DNA from: Clostridium cellulovorans 743B
GTDB taxonomy: Bacteria; Bacillota; Clostridia; Clostridiales; Clostridiaceae
Direction: 5' to 3'
Assembly (NCBI RefSeq): GCF_000145275.1
Contig: NC_014393.1
Coordinates: forward strand, 1,119,367 to 1,151,366
Length of the DNA stretch: 32,000 nt
The position numbers were made by a program, and so were the translations under genes. Shown here in pieces: positions 18,243 through 25,801 of the stretch. The notes under the pieces are model-generated. The model had not been told where the DNA came from, made no database searches, and saw only the letters and a list, made by a program, of their open reading frames with translations. Every line of letters begins with the position of its first letter. Position 1 is the first letter of the stretch.

Positions 18243-20234
18243 ATGAAAGATAAAAAAATAGAAAGACCTATATTTCCTAAAAAAGCTATTATAACTGCGG
18301 GAATGCCATATGGTAATAAAGATTTACATTTTGGTCATGTAGGTGGCGTGTTTGTTCATGCTGATACCTTCGCAAGATTTTTAAGAGATAGAATTGGAAA
18401 TGAAAATGTTATATTTGTCTCAGGAACAGATTGCTATGGCTCACCTATTTCAGCGAGTTATTTAAAGCTTGTAGAGGAAGGAAAATATGAAGGGTCTATA
18501 GAGGAGTATGTTCGTGAATATCATGAAAAACAAAAGGAAGTTTTAGAGAAATACGAAATGAGCATGAATCTATACGCAGCTTCTGCCTTGGATAGAGCTG
18601 GTGAAATTCATAAAGGTGTATCGGAAGAAATATTTAATAAGTTATATGACAATGGGTATTTAGCAAAAGCTTCTTCACCACAGTTTTATGACCCTGATTT
18701 TAAGGTGTTTCTAAATGGCAGGCAAGTAGTTGGGAAATGTCCTATTGAAGGGTGTAGCTCAGACAAAGGTTATGCAGATGAATGTGATTTAGGTCATCAA
18801 TATATGCCAGATGAATTAATTGACCCAAAGAGTATTTTATCTGGGAAAACACCTGAATTAAGAAAGGTGACAAATTGGTATTTTAAATTAGAGGAGTATA
18901 ACAATACCTTAGCTGAAAGGGTAGATTATTTAAGGGCAAATTCTAACTTACGAAAAAATTTATTAAATACCATAGAAGAATCTCTAAAACCACCAGTCAT
19001 TTTTGTAAAACGTAAGCAACTAGAAGGTATTACAGATTTAGAAGAAAAATTACCGAAGCATAGGACGATTGATGAACCTAAAAAGCCTTCTATTACTTTT
19101 GTGTTTGAAAGTCTAGAGGATAGAGATATTGCAAGAGGGGTATTTGATGAAGTTGGAGTTCGTTTTAGAACCGGTAAGACCTTAGTACCTTTTAGGTTAT
19201 CAGGAAATGTTGAGTGGGGTATACCAGTGCCAGATAAGGAAGAGCTGAAAGCTTTAACCTTTTGGGTTTGGCCTGAATCTTTATGGGCTCCTATTTCTTT
19301 TACAAAAACATATCTTGAAACCATAGGTAAGAATCCTGACCAATGGACAGAGTGGTGGCATTCCGAGGATTCAAAGGTATATCAATTTATTGGAGAAGAT
19401 AATGTTTATTTTTACGGGATTGCTGAAATGGCAATGTTTATGGCTTTAGAGGGGATTAAAGCTGGAGATAAAATAGATTGGGATAAGATAAATCTTCCAC
19501 ACTTGATTGCTAACAGCCATCTATTATTTATGAATAAAAAAGCAAGTAGTAGTGGTGCTGTAAAACCACCTATGGCAAGAGAATTATTAGAATATTATAC
19601 ACCAGAGCAATTACGTATGCATTTCCTGAGCTTAGGACTTTCAAAGGGAAGTGTTAGTTTTATGCCACAAGTATTCATGGAGGAAAAAGATAAACAAGGC
19701 CCTGATACAGTTTTAAAAGATGGCAATTTGTTGACTAACGTATTTAATAGACTTGTCCGTTCTTGTTTTTACACGGCACAAAAGCATTTTAATGGTACAA
19801 TACCAGTAGGTGAAATTAGTGATAGTATTATGGAAGAATCAAAAGAAGCTATTCTTACCTATGAAAGGCATATGTATAATCACGAATTTCATAGCTTAAT
19901 TTACGTTTTAGATAGCTACATTCGTAATATGAACAAGTATTGGGTAAATAATATGAGAGTAGCAGATACTAGCGATGATAATGCACTTAGAAAACAAGTT
20001 CTGATAGATGCCTTTCATGCCGTTAGAACTGTTACAACTTTAATTCATCCAATTGCACCAAAGAGCTGTGAAAAGGTAAGAGAATATCTAAATGTTAATG
20101 AAAACCTTTGGAATTGGGAATATATTTTTGAGCCAGTTTATAAATTTATAGTTGATCAAACTATGCATAAGTTAAAGTTTTTAGAGCCACGAGTGGACTT
20201 TTTTGAAAAGCATCAATCACAAATTTCTTTCTAG
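18243..20234 (+). CDS. metG: Methionyl-tRNA synthetase (E. coli-like core, no C-terminal tRNA-binding domain, atypical signature motifs)
   Basis: ATG 18243 lies 8 nt after AAGGAG (18229..18234). HIGH motif as HFGH (18327..18338). Knuckle region GKCPIEGCSSDKGYADECDLGH..PDELIDPKSILSGKTP parallels E. coli MetRS. The KMSKS position reads KASSS (19539..19553). Confidence 0.8.
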   Translation: MKDKKIERPIFPKKAIITAGMPYGNKDLHFGHVGGVFVHADTFARFLRDRIGNENVIFVSGTDCYGSPISASYLKLVEEGKYEGSIEEYVREYHEKQKEVLEKYEMSMNLYAASALDRAGEIHKGVSEEIFNKLYDNGYLAKASSPQFYDPDFKVFLNGRQVVGKCPIEGCSSDKGYADECDLGHQYMPDELIDPKSILSGKTPELRKVTNWYFKLEEYNNTLAERVDYLRANSNLRKNLLNTIEESLKPPVIFVKRKQLEGITDLEEKLPKHRTIDEPKKPSITFVFESLEDRDIARGVFDEVGVRFRTGKTLVPFRLSGNVEWGIPVPDKEELKALTFWVWPESLWAPISFTKTYLETIGKNPDQWTEWWHSEDSKVYQFIGEDNVYFYGIAEMAMFMALEGIKAGDKIDWDKINLPHLIANSHLLFMNKKASSSGAVKPPMARELLEYYTPEQLRMHFLSLGLSKGSVSFMPQVFMEEKDKQGPDTVLKDGNLLTNVFNRLVRSCFYTAQKHFNGTIPVGEISDSIMEESKEAILTYERHMYNHEFHSLIYVLDSYIRNMNKYWVNNMRVADTSDDNALRKQVLIDAFHAVRTVTTLIHPIAPKSCEKVREYLNVNENLWNWEYIFEPVYKFIVDQTMHKLKFLEPRVDFFEKHQSQISF

Positions 20235-20303
20235 ATTCAAAGATTGAATTTTAGAATTATATACTGAATATCTAGTTTAATTTATATTTGGTTGTTGGGT
20301 TGG

Positions 20304-20386
20304 TAGTTCATTATATATAAAGTACTACATAATATAAAGGATTCCACTTCATAGCTAAGTTAATATGTTAGTTCATTATATATAAA
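20304..20386. repeat. 18-bp direct repeat TAGTTCATTATATATAAA x2
   Basis: Identical copies at 20304..20321 and 20369..20386, between the metG stop and the IS element. Confidence 0.6.
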
Positions 20387-20453
20387 TTTACCATCAGTCG
20401 AATGTTTCATTACAATTTATTAGTGATTCAGGTTTCATCATATATCTCAAATA

Positions 20454-21221
20454 CCACCTGTAGATGTAGTTATTTACAGGTGGTTATATTTTTGTTTTAC
20501 GAATACCACAGGTTTTACCTGTGGTTCTAAAAAGCTTCTAGCGATGAGTAGAAAAAAAGAATACCTCCAATGTAAAATGGTAGTAGGTTTTCCGACCACA
20601 ACCAAAAGTACAAAGGAGGTATATCCGTAATGGATAATAGTAGTTTAGCACATAGTAAATGGAATTGTAAATATCACATAGTCTTCGCACCAAAGTATAG
20701 GAGACAAATCATATATGGAAAAATAAAAGCGGATATAGGGGTAATACTTAGAAAGTTATGTGAACATAAAGGAGTAGAAATTATTGAAGCAAATGCATGT
20801 AAGGATCATATACATATGCTTGTAAGTATACCTCCGAAGTTAAGTGTCTCTCAGTTTATGGGGTATTTGAAAGGTAAGAGTTCATTGATGATTTTTGACA
20901 GACATGCAAATTTGAAATATAAATATGGGAATAGGCAATTTTGGTGTAAAGGCTATTACGTTGATACAGTTGGAAGAAACAAAAAGATAATAGAAGAATA
21001 CATAAAGAATCAAATACAGGAAGATTTAGCATATGAACAAATGAGCTTGAAAGAATTTATTGACCCGTTTACGGGTGAATCAGTAAACAAAGGCAAAAAA
21101 TAAAGCACCTTTTAGGTGCAGCCAGTAAAGGTATGCGGTTGGCAAACCGCTCAATGTGCGAGTAGCACGGCCAGTAACATGCCCTTATAGGGCTAAAGCA
21201 AACCACCCGTTTGACGGGTGG
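20454..21221 (+). mobile_element. IS200/IS605-family insertion sequence (IS200-type, tnpA only); boundaries approximate
   Basis: A Y1 transposase gene is flanked by subterminal hairpins. Left: CCACCTGTA..TACAGGTGG (20454..20483, followed by a T-rich run) and CCACAGG/CCTGTGG (20506..20524). Right: GCACCT/AGGTGC (21105..21119), GCGGTT/AACCGC (21135..21150) and CCACCCGT/ACGGGTGG (21203..21221). There are no terminal inverted repeats, as expected for this family. Confidence 0.8.
20630..21103 (+). CDS. tnpA: IS200-family Y1 (HUH) transposase TnpA
   Basis: 157 aa with WNCKYHIVFAPKYRR, the HUH motif DHIHMLVSIPPK, and a catalytic-Tyr region GYYVDTVG. RBS AAAGGAGG. Confidence 0.92.
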   Translation: MDNSSLAHSKWNCKYHIVFAPKYRRQIIYGKIKADIGVILRKLCEHKGVEIIEANACKDHIHMLVSIPPKLSVSQFMGYLKGKSSLMIFDRHANLKYKYGNRQFWCKGYYVDTVGRNKKIIEEYIKNQIQEDLAYEQMSLKEFIDPFTGESVNKGKK

Positions 21222-21270
21222 TCCTGATTTTATCAATTAATGTTAATAGAAAAAGTGAGGGATAGAAAAT

Positions 21271-21329
21271 TTGACAACTATATCATTAAATGATATAGTT
21301 CAATTATGGATATATCATTTAATGATATA
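21271..21329 (+). promoter_or_regulatory. Promoter with two near-identical palindromic operators (likely PadR sites)
   Basis: TTGACA (21271..21276), 17 nt, TATAGT (21294..21299). Palindrome CTATATCATT-A-AATGATATAG at 21278..21298 overlaps the spacer and the -10. A second palindrome TATATCATT-T-AATGATATA lies at 21311..21329. Confidence 0.7.
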
Positions 21330-21352
21330 CTTGGAATTGGAAGGAGAACTTT

Positions 21353-21700
21353 ATGCCAAGGAAAGATTCTATTGATATTGGAGAACTAACGGATTCAGCT
21401 TTTTATATTCTATCTAGCGTCATTGAAGAAAAGCATGGATACCTAATTATGAAAACTATTGAGAAGTTTACTAATAATGAAGTTACTATTGGACCTGCAT
21501 CACTTTATACAACACTGAAAAAGCTTTTATCAGCAGAGTTAGTGGAGTTAAGCCCTAGTGCAGAGGAAAATAAAAAGGTATATAAAATAACAGGTAAAGG
21601 GCGAGAAATGCTCATAAAAGAGATTGAACGTAAAAAGCAGATGGTGAAATTCGCTGAGAATTGTTTTGAATTAGAAAAGGGGGATATTCATGGACAATAA
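21353..21700 (+). CDS. PadR-family transcriptional regulator
   Basis: 115 aa. Winged-helix segment HGYLIMKTIE..GPASLYTTLKKL and a C-terminal helix. RBS GGAAGGAG. Confidence 0.85.
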   Translation: MPRKDSIDIGELTDSAFYILSSVIEEKHGYLIMKTIEKFTNNEVTIGPASLYTTLKKLLSAELVELSPSAEENKKVYKITGKGREMLIKEIERKKQMVKFAENCFELEKGDIHGQ

Positions 21701-22415
21701 ATATTTAATAATTAATGGCCTTGCCTTTAGTGAAGAAAGTGATATGGAGAAATTAAAAAATTACGCCAGCAAAGGTTGGATATTAGAAGAGATAAAATAC
21801 GGTTTTTTCTATAAGTTAAAAAAAGATAAGCCACAGGATATAATATATACCTTGGATTATCAATCAGAGGCAAATGAAGAGTACTTTACTATATTTAAAG
21901 AAGCGGGATGGAGTCCCGTGGTTTCTATACAAAATTACATGCATATTTTTTCAGCAAAGGCTGGGACTAATCCTATTTATAGTGATAGTGCATCAGAAAT
22001 AGATAAATATGAAAGCATGAGAAACTTAACAAAGAAAGGCACCATTGTTTCTTTAGTAATAGCTATAGCATTAATAGCGTTGTTAGCTGTTTCTTTAATA
22101 GCTATAAGACCTATGTTTTTAATTATCTTGGGACTACTAATAATTGATATGTTTGTGTTTGTTTTTAACTTTATGCCTTACATAGCATATAACTCAAGGA
22201 TTAAGGAAATAAAAAAATATGGTAAGTGTAAAAGTGCAAAAGTAAATAATAAAATTTCATGGAAATTATATATATTCGCAGGGCTTATGCTTTGTATTTT
22301 AGGAGTCTTATATTTAATTTATAAAAAGGTTTTTGGAATATTTTACATGGCTTTAGGCATAATTTATATAGCTTTAAGTGTAAAGTATTATAAGAAATAT
22401 AAAAAGTCTTTATAA
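21690..22415 (+). CDS. DUF2812-like membrane protein (usual PadR partner)
   Basis: Overlaps the PadR stop by 11 nt. The N-terminal soluble domain (FSEESDMEKLKNYASKGWILEE) and C-terminal TM helices match the architecture commonly found next to PadR genes. Confidence 0.65.
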   Translation: MDNKYLIINGLAFSEESDMEKLKNYASKGWILEEIKYGFFYKLKKDKPQDIIYTLDYQSEANEEYFTIFKEAGWSPVVSIQNYMHIFSAKAGTNPIYSDSASEIDKYESMRNLTKKGTIVSLVIAIALIALLAVSLIAIRPMFLIILGLLIIDMFVFVFNFMPYIAYNSRIKEIKKYGKCKSAKVNNKISWKLYIFAGLMLCILGVLYLIYKKVFGIFYMALGIIYIALSVKYYKKYKKSL

Positions 22416-22435
22416 ATTAATTAAGGGGAATGGTT

Positions 22436-22918
22436 ATGGGCAATAAGGCAACTTTAATAGTTTGTGCATCAGTACATCATAAAAATACTATAAAAATTGC
22501 TAATGCAATTAGTGACATATTAGAGGCTGATGTAATAGAACCAAAGGATTTTGATATTGAAAGTATATCTAGATATGACTTGATTGGGTTTGGTTCGGGT
22601 ATATATAATGGAAAACATCATGAGAGTATATTAAATTTGGTTAGCAGTATTAATAAACAAAATAATAAGAAAGCGTTTATCTTTTCAACAGCAACTATTC
22701 CATTAGAAGTTCCACATAAAACTCTTAATGAAATGTTGATTGAAAAAGGTTTTGATGTAATTGGGCATTTTTGCTGTAAAGGCTTTATGGATTACAGTTT
22801 TACAAAATACCTATTTAGAGGCTTAAATAAAGGAAGACCAAATAATAAAGATTTTGAAAGAGCGCGTCAATTTGCTATGAAAATAAAACAAACGCTACAA
22901 GCATCTTCATTTTCATAA
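22436..22918 (+). CDS. Flavodoxin-family protein
   Basis: ATG 22436 lies 7 nt after AAGGGG. The ORF track ATG at 22430 is too close to the RBS. Flavodoxin-like pattern LIVCASVHHKNT..., YDLIGFGSGIY. Confidence 0.7.
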   Translation: MGNKATLIVCASVHHKNTIKIANAISDILEADVIEPKDFDIESISRYDLIGFGSGIYNGKHHESILNLVSSINKQNNKKAFIFSTATIPLEVPHKTLNEMLIEKGFDVIGHFCCKGFMDYSFTKYLFRGLNKGRPNNKDFERARQFAMKIKQTLQASSFS

Positions 22919-22955
22919 AAATGTATATTTAGTTGTGATTAGTTACAATATAGAT

Positions 22956-23000
22956 AAAAACTACTGTTATTCAATAATGTAATGAGTAACAGTAGTTTTT
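22956..23000. terminator. Bidirectional rho-independent terminator
   Basis: Perfect 14-bp stem AAAAACTACTGTTA / TAACAGTAGTTTTT with a 17-nt loop. It supplies a T-run on both strands and lies between convergent genes. Confidence 0.8.
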
Positions 23001-23096
23001 ATTTCCTTAGTATCGTAGTGGAGTTAACCATTAGTAGCTTTTTAAGTTTATAAGAGTAGGCTAAAAAGTATATATCTATGGAATATCAAAATATCG

Positions 23097-23702
23097 TTAA
23101 GTTCTTTTTTTTACAAACTTCCTTGCAACATAAAGACATAAGCATATTACTAAAATCGAAGCAATGATATCTGAGTAAAAGTCCATAAAATGGAGCACAT
23201 CTTCCCAGGACTCTCCAAGAATTGCTCCTGCATATACCAGCAATGTGTTCCAAATAAGAGTTCCTGCTGTGGTGTATATTAGAAAAACACTAAACCTCAT
23301 ATTTGACATGCCAGCTGGGATTGAAATTAAGCTTCTGACCAAGGGAATCATTCTGCAGAAAAATATAGTTCTGTTCCCATAGCGATTAAACCAACTATTG
23401 GCTTTATGAATGTCGCTTACCTTAACTCTAAGAATATGTCCATAGCGACTAATTATCCTTTCTAATTTATTTACATTAAGTAACTTGCCAATATTGTAAA
23501 GTATAGCAGCACCAGTTACAGAGCCAGCAGTGGCAGCGATAATTACCCCTAGAATAGTCATGTGTGTATTTGTGGTCATGAATCCCCCAAAGGTAAGAAC
23601 TATCTCAGAAGGAATAGGTGGAAAAACATTTTCCAGTAAAATCATTAAAAAGGTACCGAAGTAACCGTAGTTCTCCATAAAATTTGTAATCCAATTGTCC
23701 AT
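23097..23702 (-). CDS. DedA-family membrane protein
   Basis: The N-terminus ENYGYFGTFLMILLENVFPPIPSEIVLTFGGF and the FFCRMIPLVRSLISIPAG block are typical of the DedA/SNARE-associated family. Confidence 0.85.
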   Translation of the reverse strand: MDNWITNFMENYGYFGTFLMILLENVFPPIPSEIVLTFGGFMTTNTHMTILGVIIAATAGSVTGAAILYNIGKLLNVNKLERIISRYGHILRVKVSDIHKANSWFNRYGNRTIFFCRMIPLVRSLISIPAGMSNMRFSVFLIYTTAGTLIWNTLLVYAGAILGESWEDVLHFMDFYSDIIASILVICLCLYVARKFVKKRT

Positions 23703-23944
23703 AATGCAATCCTCACTTTTGGCATAGTTTATATAGAAGCGTATAATTAAATTATGGCCATTTTTTATGAAAATGACGGAGCTTTAAAGTTAATTATAGA
23801 GGCTATACTATTGACTTATGCAATTTTATCTTTAGATATAACTGGAAGTATATTAAACGACCTAATATGATAAATATAACTATATCAGCTAAAGGATAAA
23901 TTATCAATAGATTTAGTTGTTTTACAAATTTTGTTAAAAGGGTT

Positions 23945-23987
23945 CAGCATTTCAGTTGCCATTTATGGCAAGTTAGATGCTGTTTTT
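23945..23987 (+). other. Imperfect 38-bp palindrome plus T5 run (terminator-like) upstream of the RiPP-like locus
   Basis: CAGCAT..TTGCCAT-TT-ATGGCAA..ATGCTG (23945..23982), followed by TTTTT (23983..23987). No annotated plus-strand gene lies upstream. Confidence 0.35.
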
Positions 23988-24210
23988 AGTATCTTGAGAA
24001 TAATTTGAACATGTTGCTTATTTTGGGTGTTAATATTGTATCAGATCAATCAAAGAGATGTGAGAAAGAAAGGTAAGAATATACATTATTTAATATAACT
24101 TAGAATAAGCCTTGTCCGAAAATTATACGTGAAAGGCAAATTTATATATCATACAACAGTTAGTTTAGTTGGTTAGTAATATCTAATTTAATCAAAAAGG
24201 TGGAATGATA

Positions 24211-25470
24211 ATGATTAATAATAATAAAGTTACCAATGAAGTTAAGTATTATTTAAGCAATAAAGTTAAGCATCATTTAAGCAATAATGCCATTGATGAA
24301 ATCAAGTTATGCAAGGTCATTATTAGCTTATCTCATAATTATAAAATCGAGAATTTAGTAAAGGCAATAAAAGGCTTACCAGATATAAATATAGAAGCAA
24401 TTGATAATACAGAATATTTTGTATTTGCATCACTTACACCTGAACAAATTAATTTACTAGAACATATTCCAGAGGTTAGGAATGTATGGATTGATAAAGA
24501 AGTAGAAAAAATGGATTATGAAGTTTTAAAAACTATAAATGAGCCAGCTTTTCTTTTTGATGGAACTGAATTTTGTAATGATATAACATGGGCTGTTTTA
24601 GATGATGGAATTGATAAAATGCATGATGCGCTTAAATATTCAAATGTAATAGACATTGATCTTACAGGAGAGGGACCCACAGGTAAACATGGTACACATG
24701 TAGCTGGAATAATTGCTGGTTGGGATCCTAGTAATCATTTTTCAGGGGTTGCACCTAAATGTAAATTATATAATTTTAAAGTAATTAGTGAAAATTCGTC
24801 AAGTTCCCTTAGTCTTTGTATAAAAGCTATGGAACAGATAAGGAAGATTAACAGTGAATCAAATGAATTAGTTATACATGGTGCAAATTTAAGTTTCGGT
24901 GCAGCAAATTCAATTAAAGAATTTTATTCTGGACATAGTCCTATTTGTGAAGAGGCCAATAGATTAGTGGATTCAGGAGTAGTTGTATGTGTGGCAGCAG
25001 GAAATTATGGAGCTCAGGCATTTGAGGTACCAGGTGATGATATCAGTCCCAAAATATGGGCAAATTATGAGATGATTTCTGTGACGGATCCGGGTACTGC
25101 AGAAAAAGTAATTACAGTAGGTTCAACTTATAGAATTGAACCTGAAAAGTATGGGATTTCTGTATTTTCCTCTAAAGGGCCTACTGGTGATGGTAGGATA
25201 AAACCAGATTTAGTAGCGCCGGGTGACTGTATTTCTTCAGCGTTTCTTAATAATTCTTATATATCAGCAAGTGGGACAAGTTGTGCAACACCATTTGTTT
25301 CAGGTGCGGTAGCTCAACTTTTACATAGCTATCCACAATTAATTGGGAATCCAAGTAAAGTAAAAGAAATTATTATTTCATCATGCAAAGATTTGAAAAG
25401 GGATAATTATTTTCAAGGACATGGATTACTAGACTTGGGAAAAGCTCTTGAATTGGCAAAAGAGAGCTAA
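24211..25470 (+). CDS. S8 (subtilisin-like) serine peptidase with I9-like propeptide and no signal peptide
   Basis: Catalytic triad contexts AVLDDGID, HGTHVAGIIAG, SGTSCATPFVSGAVAQLL, with oxyanion Asn in GANLSFG. ATG 24211 lies 7 nt after AGGTGG; ATG 24205 is too close. The N-terminus is hydrophilic and contains a 24-bp tandem repeat (24240..24287, VKYYLSNK/VKHHLSNN). Confidence 0.88.
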   Translation: MINNNKVTNEVKYYLSNKVKHHLSNNAIDEIKLCKVIISLSHNYKIENLVKAIKGLPDINIEAIDNTEYFVFASLTPEQINLLEHIPEVRNVWIDKEVEKMDYEVLKTINEPAFLFDGTEFCNDITWAVLDDGIDKMHDALKYSNVIDIDLTGEGPTGKHGTHVAGIIAGWDPSNHFSGVAPKCKLYNFKVISENSSSSLSLCIKAMEQIRKINSESNELVIHGANLSFGAANSIKEFYSGHSPICEEANRLVDSGVVVCVAAGNYGAQAFEVPGDDISPKIWANYEMISVTDPGTAEKVITVGSTYRIEPEKYGISVFSSKGPTGDGRIKPDLVAPGDCISSAFLNNSYISASGTSCATPFVSGAVAQLLHSYPQLIGNPSKVKEIIISSCKDLKRDNYFQGHGLLDLGKALELAKES

Positions 25471-25509
25471 TTTTTACCTTATTTAGCCACTTGAAAGGAG
25501 GTGAAAAAG

Positions 25510-25716
25510 ATGAGTAAGAATATAGATGATTTAATAAAAAACCTACGTAGTGCAGCAGATCAATTAGATTCAATAAAAGATTCAGCTTCAGATGAAGATA
25601 TTAAAAAAGTAATAGAAAATAATGTTGAACCTATGAGTTGCTGTGGTACTTGTACTGGTGTACCACCAATACCACCATGTGAAAATACATGTGTAAGTCT
25701 TCCACCATTCATGTAG
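25510..25716 (+). CDS. Candidate RiPP precursor peptide (68 aa: acidic Cys-free leader, Cys/Thr/Pro-rich core)
   Basis: GGAGG (25497..25501) lies 8 nt before ATG 25510. Sequence: MSKNIDDLIKNLRSAADQLDSIKDSASDEDIKKVIENNVEP / MSCCGTCTGVPPIPPCENTCVSLPPFM. It sits immediately upstream of two rSAM-SPASM genes. Confidence 0.75.
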   Translation: MSKNIDDLIKNLRSAADQLDSIKDSASDEDIKKVIENNVEPMSCCGTCTGVPPIPPCENTCVSLPPFM

Positions 25717-25778
25717 AAATTTTTTATTACATTATGTACTCATACAATCTATCATAAATTGTATGCTATGTACACATG

Positions 25779-25801
25779 TTTGGCGGCTTTCAGCCGTCAA
25801 A
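25779..25801 (+). promoter_or_regulatory. Intercistronic hairpin between the precursor and the first maturase gene
   Basis: TTTGGCGGCT (25779..25788) pairs with AGCCGTCAAA (25792..25801): 10 bp including one G-U, 3-nt loop, no T-run. A second 8-bp hairpin CATACAAT/ATTGTATG lies at 25741..25765. Confidence 0.5.

Noticed and set aside
18926-19324. 132-aa minus-strand ORF within metG. Similar antisense ORFs lie at 1405..1686, 3759..4004, 8162..8392, 8729..8986, 10115..10333, 11349..11591, 11790..12014, 12391..12669, 12859..13119 and 30217..30453.
   Set aside because: Each lies entirely opposite a well-supported gene. None has a recognisable motif or translation signal, so they are treated as shadow ORFs.
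23754-23873. 39-aa plus-strand ORF (MAIFYENDGALKLIIEAILLTYAILSLDITGSILNDLI) as a second precursor or immunity peptide.
   Set aside because: It has no Shine-Dalgarno sequence, no Cys-rich or otherwise precursor-like core, and no similarity to the 68-aa peptide. It is retained only as something a Ribo-seq dataset could revisit.
24156-24177. ACAGTTAGT (a perfect match to the AgrA/LytTR 9-mer consensus as I recall it), followed by TTGGTTAGT, upstream of the subtilase gene. It might link the LytTR regulator to the locus.
   Set aside because: The second half-site is offset by 13 bp rather than the canonical 21 bp (9 + 12), and no partner occurs at plus or minus 21 bp. The motif lies only about 30-50 nt before the start codon, downstream of where a promoter should be. 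A single 9-mer hit in AT-rich DNA is not evidence.
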